Shown: piece by piece, positions 48,201-59,879 of the stretch
Numbering within the stretch: the stretch's first letter is position 1
Layout of the letters: each line of letters starts with the position of its first letter
Assembly (NCBI GenBank): GCA_004431415.1
Contig: QPMI01000434.1
Coordinates: 1-64,000, forward strand
Source: Cyanophora paradoxa CCMP329
Lineage: Eukaryota; Plantae; Glaucophyta
Length of the DNA: 64,000 nucleotides
Reading direction: 5' to 3'
Made by a program: the position numbers and the translations under genes
Notes under the pieces: model-generated
Databases searched by the model: none
The model's input: the letters and a program-made list of their open reading frames with translations, nothing else
Told to the model about the DNA's origin: nothing

Positions 48201-49832
48201 CCGAGGAGAGCTACGAGAGGTCAGCGTACCCCCCCCCTTTCTCCTCCTCCTCGCCCCCTCCTCACTCCTCCTGGTCAGCCGGCTGCGGCGAGGCTCGAGG
48301 GCGCAGGCGGAGGCGAAGGCGGAGGGGGCGGAGAAGGCGGCATGGAAGGACAAGGTGGCCGCCTGGTCCGCGGACGAGGGGGGGCCGGGCGACGCCACGC
48401 CCCCGCCCAAGCGCGCCGGCAACTCCTCCAAGCGCCGCAAGGGCGACGCGGGGTCGACGCCGGGGCAGAAGGGCCCCAAGGGCGCCCCCGGCCGCCCCAG
48501 CTCGGCCGCCGGCGCCGCCCGCCCCAGCGCCGCGGGGCCGCCACGGGAGACGGGAGGGCGCGGGGGCGCGGCCGCGCTCGGCGACGACGGCGCGGCGGCG
48601 GCCCGGCTCGGCGCCCGGGCCGCGGCGCGCCTCGGCGGGGCCGGGCGGCCCGCCCCGCCCGAGGGCGAGCCGGCGGAGTCGCGCGAGGAAGAGGCCCCGG
48701 GGCCCGTCCTCGTACCCGTCGAGCCCCGCCTCTACGAGGTGCTCGCTGCGCCCCGCCCGCCCGGCCCCCGCCCGCGGCCCACTCGGGGGGCAGATGCCGG
48801 CGGAAGGCTCCTCCCTTCTCGACTCCTCGGCACTCGGTAGCTTCCCCGCCCCGCGCCGCCCGCCCCGCCCCGCGAGGCCGAAGGCCTGACGCCCCGCCGG
48901 CAGGCGCCGTGCCCTGGGCCTGGGAGCTCGACGCGTTCCCCCCGAACGGCTCGTGGGCGTCGCACGCCCCCCGCCGGCCCTCCTCCGCGGGGGGTACACG
49001 GGGCTCCAGGGCCGTGAAGACCGCCGGCTTCTCCCGGGAGCCCCCGTGCGTTCGAATTCGCGTACCCCTGCACCCACGGCCTCGCCCCGACGCGCCGGCC
49101 GCGCAGGCGGACGACGCTGGGGCGGGGCCTCATGACCGCCTCTACCCCCAGCATCCCCACGGTCGCCGGCCCCGGCCCCGACCTCTCGTACACGTACCCC
49201 ACCGTGCAGCTCTCGCGCCCCTCCTCCGCCCCGCCCGTCTCCCCCTCGGGGTCCCCCGCCGGCTCGCCCCCCCGCTCCCCGCCCCGCCCCGTCTCCCCTC
49301 CCGGGGCCTCGTGGGAGGGGGCCGGGGCGGGGCGGGTGCGCGGGGCCGGCGGGGGCCTGCGGCGGGCCTCCTCTGCGGGGGCCTGCTGCGCGGGGCGCGG
49401 CTCCCGGCGTGGGCGCTCTCCCTCTACGAGCGCAACCGGGCCCTCGCGCTGCGGGCCGCCGAGGACCACGCGTTCGTGCACTACGGCCCGGGGCCGGCGC
49501 GGGGCTGGCGGGGGCGCGGCCCCGACCCCGCCCAGGCCGAGGTCCACGAGCGCCTCGTCCTCACCGGCAGCGCCCGCGCCGCCGGCCGCTGCCCCTTCCG
49601 CGTCCCCTCCGCCCCCGCCCCCGCCCCCAACCCCGCCGCGCTCGCCGTCGGCCCCGCCCCCGCCGCCCGCCCCGCCTCGCGCCCCTCCTCCGCCTCCACT
49701 GCGCACCGACCCCGCCCCGCCTCCGCCGGCCCCCGCCCCGCCCCCGCCCCCGCCGCCCTGCCCGCGCCCCCGGATCCCCCGGCCTCCCTTAGGCGGGACT
49801 CGCTCTCCATCCTCGTGGAGGCGACTTCGTAG
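45287..49832 (+). CDS. Unknown protein B: paralogue of protein A in the shared domain, followed by a coiled-coil-like and Ala/Gly/Pro-rich tail; start uncertain
   Basis: Exons LPPGIDPDAFIVDQ|VLDAFLQPLE..., shared domain at 46280-46846, ends RRDSLSILVEATS*. Confidence 0.7.
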
Positions 49833-49878
49833 CGTTTCCATCTGTCCGTGAATGTTCACCCGTGCGCCGGGCGGGCGG

Positions 49879-50698
49879 CTAGCTCGCGGCGAGGGCGGCG
49901 GCGGCGGAGGCGGCGGCGGCCTGCATGCCGCCGCCGTAGAAGGAGCGGCGCAGGTTGGGCAGCGCCTGGTTGATGGCCTCGGCGGCCGAGGGCGGCGGGG
50001 GCACGAGGCCCAGCGCCGAGAGCCGCGTCCTGGCCTCGGGCGGGAGCGGGGCGTTGGGCTTGCCGAGGCCGTCGACGCTCGGCACGAGCTGCGCGATCAG
50101 CTTCGTGACGAGGGGGCTGTTGGGGCCCACGGCCACGTCCAGCAGCGCCCCGTTCTGCGCCCCCAGTTCGACCCCAGCGCGGGCCCGGGGGCGGCGCGCG
50201 CGCCTTGTAGAAGAGGTAGATGGGCTTCGAGGAGGAGAGCTTGGACGCCGCCTCGGGCGGCACGTCCGGCAGCAGACTGTTCAGTGTGCGGAAGTAGCGC
50301 AGCCGCTGGTCCGCCTTGTCCAGATCGAACTTCGCCCCGCGCGCGTACGTCGGCCGCAGCAGCAAGGCGGCGCCGCGCGGAGGACGGGGCGCACGTAGAC
50401 GAATTTGAGCGTCGCGACGAGCGCCTTGCACGGCCCCGCCCACTCGCTGTAGACCTCAACGACCTTGAGCTGCGGCGAGGCGATCTCCTGCTTAATCTTC
50501 TCCTGCGGCAGGGTTAGCGGCAGGCGAATCTTGCCGCTCGGCCGGTGGCACCGGATCGCGTATGTCCTCTGAGAGCGGGTCCGTCAGGGAGGCAACTCGA
50601 GCGTGCGTAGGGGCGGGACGAAAGCGCCATGGCGTACGCGCACCTATGTCGAATTCCTTCTTGGCAGGCGGAGCCGCTACCGCTACTTTGCTCGCCAT
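49879..50698 (-). CDS. Thioredoxin-like protein of the outer-arm dynein light chain / NME8-type group, with an atypical WAGPC site
   Basis: Spliced: LKVVEVYSEWAGPCKALVATLK...SKPIYLFYKNGALLDVAVGPNSPLVTKLI, matching the VVDVY..WCGPCK...P.FLF..G...V.G.N.P pattern. Confidence 0.75.
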
Positions 50699-50877
50699 GC
50701 GCTTCGGTCGCGTGCGCCACTCAAGGGACCAGCAAGCTCTTTAGCTGACGGGCTGGGGTCAACGGGATCGCTTCAATTGCTATCTAGCTACTATGCAGGG
50801 TCTGAGCACAGGCGTGGAACAGCGAGGAGACGCAGGTTCAGCGGTTTTTTTTGTGAGTTGCGTGGGTACACCCATCG

Positions 50878-53078
50878 ATGCGGCTGAACCTGCCGCCGCC
50901 CGCGCCGACGCTCGCCGGCATCCTCACGGCGGTCGGCGGCGATTCTCTTGCGGTCTGCTGCGACGGGGGCGTCGTAGGCATCGTCCAGGCGTCCGGCTCG
51001 GCCAGCGCTGGTGCGCCCCGTCGATCCCCGACGCGACGACGTTCCGACCGCCCGCGCGCAGCAGAAAAGGTCCAGAGGCTTAGCTGCGATGATTCTGGGG
51101 CGTTGGAGGTGGACGCGGCGACGTGCTCGGCCGACGGCCTCGTCCTCGCCGTCGCCTACCGCCGCTGGCTCGTGGCGTACGACGTGCGCGCCTCCCGCGC
51201 TCGATCCGACGCGCCGCGCGCGACCAGCTCGACGCCGCAGGTCGCGCGGCTCGCGGAGGTGGGGCGGTACCGCCTGAGCTCCCACCCCAAGTCCGTCGAC
51301 GCCGCCGCGCTCCCCCGCGCGGACGAGGGCGCCCAGGCGAGCAATCCCGGCGCCGCGCGGCCTCCGCGCTGCGGCCGCGCCCGCTCACGGCCCACGCGCA
51401 CTCGCAGCGCGCCGCTCGGTACCTGCTGGCCGTGGCGGGGGCCAACGGGGTGGAGCTCTACCTGCACGGCGCTGGCGACGACGCGGCAGTGCCCGCAGAC
51501 GGGACGGAGGCGAGGGGGGCCCCGTGGCGCGTCCTCCACAGGGGCTACCCCATCGCCGGCGTACGCATCGCCCCCGACGGCTCCAGCCTCGCCGCGGTCC
51601 GCCGTACTCCCCCCAACCACCCACCCCTCGCATTCCCCTCGGGACGCGGGGAGGGGTACAGGCCTCGTACGACGGGAACCTGGGGGTGTGGAGCACGGGG
51701 GCGAGGGGGGAGGACGGCCTGCCGCGCCTGGCAGCGGCGTCGGAGCTGTGGTTCGAGGGGGGCGGGCCCGGGGCGGACCGGGCGACGTCGCTGGAGTTCA
51801 GCCCCTCGGGGCGCGCCCTCGCCCTCGCCCTCTGGTCCGGCGCCGTTCTCGTCTACAGCCGCCAGGCCGACGTGCCCGCCCCGCCCGCCCGCCCCGCCCG
51901 CCTGCCGCCGTCTCGTGCGGCTCACCCCCGGCAGGGCCCCGCGTGGCGCCGGGGCCACGCGCGGATCACGGCGGAGGGCGGGGGCTCCTGCAGGGCGCCC
52001 CCGCCGCCGTCTCGGCGGCCGTGCCGGGGACCTTCGTCGCGTGGTCGCCCAACGGCCTCCTCCTCGCGTCCGCCCCGCCTCATCCGCCCCCTCCGAGCCG
52101 ACCTGAGCGGCGTGCAGGGTGGCCTTCGGCTCGCAGGGCGGCGCCGTGGGCCTCTACTGCGCCGCGGAGGGCACCCCGCTGCTGAGCCTCCCGCCCCCGG
52201 CCCCCGCCGCCCCCTGCGCGGCCTCGCCGCCCTCCCCGCCGCCCTCGCCGCCTACGACCGCGCCCGCCTCCTCCGTCTCCTCCCCTGGCCCCGCCCCGCC
52301 ACCTGGCGCCCCGGTGCCCCCGCCCCGCCCCGCACCGCACCGCACCGCCTCCCGCCTCGCGCCGCCCTGACGCGGCGACCGGGGCGGCGGCGCGCAGGCG
52401 AGGAGTGGGTGCTCCTCGACGGGCCCCACGGCCGCCTCTGCTGTGCCCCGGGCGAGGGCGAGCCCGGTGCGCCCGCGCCCCGCCCGCCCCGCGCGCCCCG
52501 CCCCGCCCCGCGCGCCCCGCCCACGCGAGGCCGACCCCGGCGGCGCAGGGGCCGCGCTCCTGAGCGCCGCCCTCCCCCTCGCGCTCGCCCTCCGGCGGCC
52601 GGCGGAAGGGGCGGCCTCGGGCCGCCGGAGCCGCTGCCGGTCCCGTTCCTGCCGCGCTCCGTGCTCGCGGCGCGCGGGGCGGACTCGGAGGGCGGCTGGC
52701 GGGGCGGGCGGGGCCCGGGGCTCGCCGCCGCCGCCGTCGGCCCCGGCGGCACCGTGGCCCTCGCCTCGGGGTACGCGGTCTTCGCCGCCTTCCCCAGGCC
52801 GCCGGATGCGGGGCTGGTCGTGGCGTGGGCGCCGCTGGCGGCCCCGCCGCCTCGCTCGCCTTCCTCCCCCCGACGCCCTCCACGCGACCCTCTCCGACGG
52901 CTCCCGCTGCGCCTTCCGCCCCGCCGCCGCCCCGGCCCCCGCCCTCGTGCCCCTGCCCCTGCCCGCCTCCCCGCAAGCGGACGCCGAGGCGGAGTGCAGG
53001 GCGGCGCTGGCTGCCCTCGCCCTCGAGCCCCCCCTCGGCGCCCCCGGGCCGGCGCACCCCCCGGAGACCCCCGCCTAG
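50878..53078 (+). CDS. WD40/beta-propeller repeat protein
   Basis: Blade-like motifs: CSADGLVLAVA, IAGVRIAPDGSSLAAASYDGNLGVW, ATSLEFSPSGRALALALWSGAVLVY, FVAWSPNGLLL. Confidence 0.7.
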
Positions 53079-53544
53079 GCCGCCGAGGCTCGCACCGCAT
53101 GCGCAGCTGGCGCGGCTTTCGCGAATTTGATCGGAATTCGAACCTGGATCCGCGCCGGCGCCCGGATCCGGAATCCGGATGGCCGGCGGGGTACAGGAAC
53201 GCCTCTGCAGAAAAACAAAAGTTAGCTTCGACGCTCCAAGCGCGCGGCGCGGCGAGCTTCGCCGGTCTCACAGGGGAGAAGTCCTCGCCCATCATTCTGG
53301 GCAGCAAAGCCCCGGAGCTGCGCCCGCCGCCCATCCGGCCAAGCTCCGACGCAAACCCGGCGAGGTGGCGGCCTGCTTCAAATAGCTACAACCATCCTCT
53401 CTGAGGCCTGGCAGCAGCCCGCGCGCCCCGCCGTCGCAGCGGCGCGGCTTTCCGCGAACACGCGCGCCCGCGCCCGCGGGCGGGCGGGCGGTTCGGCAGC
53501 AGTTTTGGTACCAGCACTAGCTAGGTAGCAAGCTGCGCGGCGAA

Positions 53545-56283
53545 ATGAGCGGCGCGAGCCCGGGCAGCCTCGTTGGCGGGGAGCTGCCGGTCGCATCGCG
53601 GGCGGTCCTCGACGACAAGCTGGCGCGGCTTGAGTACATGCTCGCCGGCCCCAAGCCCGTCACGCCGCGGCCGCCCACGCGCGGCGGCCTCGCCGGCCTC
53701 ACGCCCCTCGCCGGCCTCGTGCCGCTCGCCGCCCCGCTCAACGCCGCCGTGCCCACGGAGGTCGACCTGGTGCCCTTGGACTCGACCTCGGCTGCCGGCG
53801 CGCCCTCGCTGCGCTGGGCGGACGCCGGGACCGAGGACGGCGCCGGCTCCTCGCGCTCGGCCTCCGAGGGCGGCGCGCGGCCGCGGGGGGCGGACTCGCA
53901 GGGCTTCGACCGCCTCCTCTCCGACGTGCAGAAGAGCCTGCGGAGCTTCCACTTGAAGTCTGGCGGCGAGCAGGCGCTGCAGGGCGGCGCCGAGGCCTCG
54001 GGCTCCCTCGCCCCCAACATGACCCGCGTGCACGCGCTGCCTCTCGACGACCCCCGCGTCCCGGTGCGGGCGCCCCGCGCCGCCTCCTCCTCGCCCTCCC
54101 CGCCGAGCGTGCGCTGCGCAGGTGCAGCTCTGCGTGGCGGCGAGCAGCGGGTCGCTCAGCGCGCTCGCCTCGTTCGAGCGGCCCCTCACGGACGCCTCCG
54201 AGGCCTCCGCCGCCGCGTGGCGCTCGGGGGCCGTCTCCGAGGGCGGCGCGCCGGCCTCGGTCGAGCTGCGCTGCGCCGTGGGCGCCGCCTGCGTCTACGT
54301 CGCCGTCACCGCCGGCGCGGAGGGCGCCGACTACAGCGTGGCGGCCGTGAACGGGAGCCCGCTGGAGCTCGCCAGCGGCCGCCCCGCCCGCGACGGCGTC
54401 GCCCGCGGCCGGGGCCGCCTCTACGTCCTCCGCGCCCCCTCCTCCCGCCTCCCCGTCGCCATCCGCCTCGAGCGGAGGGAGGAGCGCGGCGCGGGGGCCC
54501 AGGCGGCGCCCGTCCTCTACGCGAGCCGCGCGGCGCGGCTGCCGGGCCCGGCGACGGCGGCGCTGCGGCTCGGGGAGGGGGAGGAGGAGGGGACGCTGTA
54601 CGGGGAGGAGGGCGTGGCGGGCCCCGTCTACATCACCGTCGCCCCCGCGGGGCCCGCCGACGCCTTCTTCACCCTCCGCGCCACCGTCCTCCGCGAGGCC
54701 GCCCCCCGCGGCGGCCCCGGCGCCGGCGAGGGCGACGCTGCCGCCCCGCGGAGCGGCTTCTCCCTCAAGAACGTCTTCGCCAACATCCGCGAGGCGCGCG
54801 GACCGCGCCGCCGCTCACGTCTCACCGATTCGCTGACCCGCTCCCGCGCAGGCGACCATGCGCACGTTCAGGCGGACGCCCCGGGGCGAGCCGGGCGCCC
54901 CCGCCTCGGCCCCCGCGCCCCGGCCTCCGCACCGGCGGCGGCGCGGGCGGAGGTGGCGCCGCGGGCGGAGGTGGCGCCGCGGCCGCCGTCCGCGCGGCCG
55001 GCGTCGGCGCGCCGGCCGCTGACGGCGCGGCAGCGCGCGGCGGAGGGGCCGGCCGCCCCGGCCGCGGGGCGGGGCCGGCCCTGTCGACCCCGCCGGGCCT
55101 GCAGGGCCTCGGGGAGATGGCGCTCGCCCCGGCCAGCTCCGGCTCCATGAGCGCCCGCCGCGCCGGCCGCCTCGGCATGTGCGCCCGCCCCCTTCTCCCC
55201 ACGCACCCGGCCCTCACCTGCGCGCAGGCTTCCGCCGCTCTCGGCGTCGAACTCTCCGCGGCCGCTCTCGAGCGCGAACTCGCCGGCGCCGTCGCTCGTC
55301 GGCTCGACGGCCTCGGCGCCGCCGGGCCTCGGGGCGGGGCCTCCGACTCCGAGTCGGGCTCCCCGGCGCCGCCCCCGCCCGAGGCGCGCCCCTCGACCTC
55401 CACCTCCCTCCGCCGCCGCCGCAGCGTCGCCATCCGCGAGGCGCCCGAGCTCCTGCGCCCCGCCCCGGCCCCCCCGTGCCCCCGCTGCCCTGCCCCCCGC
55501 CGGCCCTCCGTCGAGGACGGCCCCAGCTCCGCCCCCGCCCGCCGCGGTTCGGTGGAGGGCAAGGACGGGCGCCGCGGTTCGGTGGAGGGCAAGGACGGGC
55601 GCCGGGGCTCGCTGGAGTCGCGGGACGGACGGCGGCCGTCGGTGGCGGCGGAGATCATGAGCGCCCGCGAGCGGCGCCAGTCCGTCGCCCCCACCTCCGT
55701 CGACGCCCTCGCCACCGCCCGCCGCCGCTCCGTCGCCCCGGGCGCCCAGCCCGACGGCCTCCTGCGCCGCCCCTCCCTCGGGCCCGGCGCCGCCGACGGG
55801 GCGCTGGCGGGGGCGGAGCGGCCGCAGACGGCGCGGGCGAACCGGCGGAGCAGCGTCGCGGCCGACGTCTCGGCGGCGATGGCGGCGGCGCGGCTGCAGG
55901 CGAGGCAGAGCGCCGCGGAGGGCGAGGCGGGGGGCGGGGGCGGGCCGGCGGCCGTCGGGGCCGCCTCCGTCTCGGCGCCCGCCTCGTCGGGGGCCTTCTC
56001 GGCGCGCTTCCGCCGCAAGTCCGTCTCCGTGGAGGAGGCCGTCAAGCAGGGCATCGGGGGCGCCGAGCTCGCCCAGATCAAAGGTGCGCGCCATCGAACC
56101 GGGCCGGCGCCCAGCGAGCGCCCCGCTGACGCCCGCGCAGTGCGGGAGATGCGGGAGCGGGAGAAGATGAAGGGGCGGGAGGGCGGGGTCTCGCGCAAGG
56201 ACCTGGACGCGTACATGACCTCCCGCCGCGGCTCCGTCGTCCGCGCCGCCGTCTCCGACGAGTGGCGGCCCCACGCCGGCTGA
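53545..56283 (+). CDS. Unknown protein with beta-sandwich (PPC-like) segments and a C-terminal array of RRxS motifs
   Basis: Coding-like spliced exons (VLDDKLARLEYML; RLYVLR..PVLYASR..GPVYITVAP..FFTLRATV); 12 RRxS[VL] motifs at 55411-56240. Confidence 0.6.
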   Translation: MSGASPGSLVGGELPVASRAVLDDKLARLEYMLAGPKPVTPRPPTRGGLAGLTPLAGLVPLAAPLNAAVPTEVDLVPLDSTSAAGAPSLRWADAGTEDGAGSSRSASEGGARPRGADSQGFDRLLSDVQKSLRSFHLKSGGEQALQGGAEASGSLAPNMTRVHALPLDDPRVPVRAPRAASSSPSPPSVRCAGAALRGGEQRVAQRARLVRAAPHGRLRGLRRRVALGGRLRGRRAGLGRAALRRGRRLRLRRRHRRRGGRRLQRGGREREPAGARQRPPRPRRRRPRPGPPLRPPRPLLPPPRRHPPRAEGGARRGGPGGARPLREPRGAAAGPGDGGAAARGGGGGGDAVRGGGRGGPRLHHRRPRGARRRLLHPPRHRPPRGRPPRRPRRRRGRRCRPAERLLPQERLRQHPRGARTAPPLTSHRFADPLPRRRPCARSGGRPGASRAPPPRPPRPGLRTGGGAGGGGAAGGGGAAAAVRAAGVGAPAADGAAARGGGAGRPGRGAGPALSTPPGLQGLGEMALAPASSGSMSARRAGRLGMCARPLLPTHPALTCAQASAALGVELSAAALERELAGAVARRLDGLGAAGPRGGASDSESGSPAPPPPEARPSTSTSLRRRRSVAIREAPELLRPAPAPPCPRCPAPRRPSVEDGPSSAPARRGSVEGKDGRRGSVEGKDGRRGSLESRDGRRPSVAAEIMSARERRQSVAPTSVDALATARRRSVAPGAQPDGLLRRPSLGPGAADGALAGAERPQTARANRRSSVAADVSAAMAAARLQARQSAAEGEAGGGGGPAAVGAASVSAPASSGAFSARFRRKSVSVEEAVKQGIGGAELAQIKGARHRTGPAPSERPADARAVREMREREKMKGREGGVSRKDLDAYMTSRRGSVVRAAVSDEWRPHAG
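55540..55599 (+). repeat. Coding tandem repeat, 30 nt x2 (RRGSVEGKDG), followed by degenerate copies
   Basis: CGCCGCGGTTCGGTGGAGGGCAAGGACGGG occurs twice in tandem. Confidence 0.9.
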
Positions 56284-57001
56284 CCGTCTGCCCCCACTCG
56301 CCCAGGCGGCCATCGCCGCCCCTCTCTGATCTTTCGCCGCCCCCTCTTCCTGGGGGCCCTCGCGATCGTATGTATTTTGCATCGCAGTTTCAGCCGGGGC
56401 CGCGGTGAAGACGCCCGGTTCTCGTAGTCCTTTTCATTGATTAGGCTTTGTCAAAGTCCTAGTCCTGTTCCAATCCATCATGGCCTCCATATCCACATCG
56501 CGGTGCCGAGCATCCCCGCTGCAATCTGCAACGTGCACTGGTACTGCCACTGGGCCGGGACACTAAACCAGGCTGCAGCTTCGTGCGTAGCCTGCCGTGC
56601 CCCCCACTAAGCTGCTCTGCCGGGGCCAGGCTGGCTACTAAGGCTAACTAGTAAGCCGATCATGAGCAAGAGCCTCAGGCCACGGAGATTGACTGCGACC
56701 GTCGGACTGTCGGACTCGCCGAGTCGGGGACTAATCCGATGATTATCGGATCGTCGGAGCGCACCGTGGCACCACTGGCACGTCGAGGCACGGGGCACCG
56801 CCTGCACGGGATTCGGATCCGGGGCACTGCCGCAGAGCGGCAAATGATTTCATTGTCCGACGGTCCTCGACATTCAATGATTGCAAATTGTCCGCTTGCA
56901 AGTTCCGAGTTCAAGGGTCTCGAATCCAATGATCATCGGATCATCGAATCATGACCATCCGCAATCCCAAGATTCCCAACTACACATCACACCCACTGGG
57001 C

Positions 57002-57019
57002 CACACACACACACACACA
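57002..57019. repeat. (CA)n microsatellite
   Basis: Read directly. Confidence 0.85.
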
Positions 57020-57150
57020 TCTCATGATCAGAGTCTGGACCCGGGAAATGGTTGGTCTAGATCTCCCTAAGCCTCGATCTTTTGGGATCGGCAAACCGAC
57101 GGCAATAGCTTGGCGATCATGATCATAGGTGATCGCCTATAGCTACTCGC

Positions 57151-59739
57151 CTACTCGCAACCGCCAGCGTCCGGCGCAGTCTCCTCGCTGTCGCCCTCCG
57201 CCTCCGTGGGCTCTTCCGGGGCCGCCGCGCGCTCGAGCTCCTCGCGATCGGGCGCGGCGCCGACCCACCTCCGACGCCCGCGGACCCACGCGGCGAGGCG
57301 GGGCCGTCCCAAGGCCCGCAGCGCTGCCAGGACCTCCTCGTCCTCGTACCGGGCAGAGGCCCCCGCCACGCGCGAGCGCGGGCGCGGCGGGCAGCGCAGC
57401 TCCTCGAGGCCCGCGAAGGCCTCCGCGAACCGCGCAATCAGGTTCCCCTCCACGGGGCTCCGCAGCTGCAGGCGCCGCAGCCCGGGGGCGCGCGCCGCCA
57501 GGCACCCCGCCGCGGCGAGCGGGATGGCGTCGTCGCCGTCGCAGCAGGCGAGGGCGGCCGAGCGGAGGCCGGGCCAGCAAGCGGGGCCCACGGGAGGCGC
57601 CGACTCCGAGTGCGACCACCAGTCCCACTGCAGCTCAAGCGCCTGCGCGGAAAGTCGGGCGGGGAAGCTCCAGGCGGCCGCGGGGCGCGGATCGGACCTC
57701 AAGCTTGGAGAGGGGGGCGAGGGCGGCGGGGAGGCGGCGGTCGCGATCGTCCACGGGGGCGGGGGAGCTGCTCAGCGCGAGGGCGCGGAGGGAGGGGGCG
57801 AGGGAGGCGAGGGGCGCGGGGTCGGCGCCGCGGGCGAGGCCGACGGAGAGGAGCTCGAGGCGGGGGGCGCTGTGGCCGCGGAGGAACTCCAGGGAGGCGG
57901 CGTGCACGCGGAGGCAGAGGGCGCGCAGCGCCGGCAGGCCCCCCAGCGGCCCCAGCTCGCTCTGCGGCGCGCGCGTCCGCGCGCGGCGTCACACTCCGCC
58001 CCCCGGGTCCTTGGTGGGGGTGGGGGGGGGTGGGGGGGTAGAAGGGCGCACGGCCTGGAGGGTGGGGGCGCAGGGCTCGCCGGCGTCGTCGATGAAGGCG
58101 AGGGTGAGGCGCTCCAGCTTGGGGGCCGCCCCCGCTGCCCGCACCGCCTCCGACGCCGTCTGCCGCCGAGGGTCAGGGAGCCAGGGGACGGGCCGGGGGG
58201 AGGGGGGTACGGGGGCGGACCGAGAAGTAGAGGGCAGTGAGCTCGAGGACGCGGAGGTGGGGGGCGAGCCGGGGGAGGGCCCGTGTGCCCTCCCTGAAGA
58301 GGGGCACGAAGAGGAGGCGCAGGAGCTCGATGCCGGGGGCGAGGGCGGCGAGGAGGGCGGCGAGGCCGGCGCGGTAGGGGCGCCCGGCGAAGGGCCACGG
58401 GTCGCGCGAGCGCTTCAGGCGGACGATGGCGGTGGACTTGAAGGCCAGGTACAGGCCCCGGCGGGGGGCAGGCAGCTCCCCAAGGGAGGCCAGCGGCAGG
58501 CCCTTCCCGCTGCGGTTCCCCGCCTCGAAGCTCAGCTGCGAGGCGAGGGTCAAACGAGGGGGAGCAAGAGAGGGGGGTACGCTCGCCTCGAGGAACTCAA
58601 GCGCAGCGCCGGCGCGGGCCGCGCGGAGGTCGCGTACCCCCCCCTCGTCCAGGCGGCTGCCGAGGAGGGCGAGGGAGCGGACGGCGCCACGGACGGCGGG
58701 GGTACGCGAGGCGAGCCACGCCGCGGTGCCGTCGGGCGGGAGCACGAGAGGCCTCCTCCACCGGGGGGGGACGACGAGGAGGGGGTAGAGGGAGGGGTCG
58801 GCGGCGAGGCGGCGGAAGCGACGGGAGAGGGCGGACAGGCGAGCGAGGGCGGGGGCCGAGGTCTCCCAGGCGTGCGGCGAGCTCCGCGGCGCGTGGTACG
58901 ATGCGGAGGTGAGCTGGTGCTCGAGGGCAGGCGGCACGGTCCGGCGCCGGGCGGCGAGGGCGAGGATGCTGAGAAGCAGCTCGTCGGGGAGGGCGTCCAG
59001 CGGGCTCGGGCCCTCCGCTTCGGCCTCCCGGGCGCGCCGCCGGCCGCTCGAGCTCGAGGCCGCCGCCGCCGCCTCCTCGGCCGCAGGCCCCTCGGGCGTC
59101 GCGCCGGCGCCGGGAGCGGCAGAGGATCCGGGGTCGGGCTTCGGCCGCTTCGAGGGAGACCCGGCCGAGCTGGGCCCCGCGTCGGAGGGGGCGGGGGCGG
59201 CCCGCGATTTCTTGCCCGCCTCGCGCTGCTTCTGCGCGGCGTCTGAAAGACGCGGAGTGAGAGGCGCGGGGAGCGCGGGAGAGCTCCAGGGGCGGACCGA
59301 GGGCCCTGCGGGTGGCGTCCCTGCCGACGACGCGCCACAGCGACGGGATCGCGACCACGCCGCCGACGCCCGTGCCGCGGTTCAGCGCGTCCAGCGCGGC
59401 GGAGGCGACGGGCGCAAGATCGGCGCCGTCGGACACGGCGTCGGCTGGCGTCGACGTCGAAGAAACAGTAGGAGCGCCTGGCAGCTTTGCGAGCGCGTCA
59501 TCGTAGGCAACGCGGGCCGCCGCCTCTGTTGCGAAGCGCTGCGACCATCGCTTGGCGCCCCAGTTGAACTTGAAGCCGGCCGCCTTGTAGGCGTCTTTCA
59601 GGGTGCCGTACCAGCGCTCGCCGCTCCCGTTGAGGTGCACGGCGAATGGAACGCTATCCGTCGACGTCTCGCGCACGAGGCAGACCTGAAAGTTGTAGCC
59701 GGCACCGCTGCGCAGCGCGCTGGAGAGCTGTACGGCCAT
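57151..59739 (-). CDS. F-box/LRR protein with an N-terminal DUF5710-like motif
   Basis: F-box LDALPDELLLSIL...LSRRFRRLAADPSLY; LRR-like PHLRVLEL, PKLERLTL, PRLELLSV, PGLRRLQL; N-terminal LKDAYKAAGFKFNWGAKRW. Confidence 0.7.
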
Positions 59740-59768
59740 GCTTGCCGGCGAAATCTAAGCCGATATGT

Positions 59769-59879
59769 CTGCTTCCGCGCGGCGCCGGCCGGAGACAACC
59801 GCGCGCGCGAAGAACCAGAAACCAGAAACCTGCTTCCGCGCGGCGCCGGCCGAAGACCAGAACCAGAACCAGAACCAGA
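59769..59879. repeat. 23-nt direct repeat plus (ACCAGA)n array in a divergent intergenic region
   Basis: CTGCTTCCGCGCGGCGCCGGCCG at 59769 and 59830; ACCAGA x4 at 59856-59879. Confidence 0.85.
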
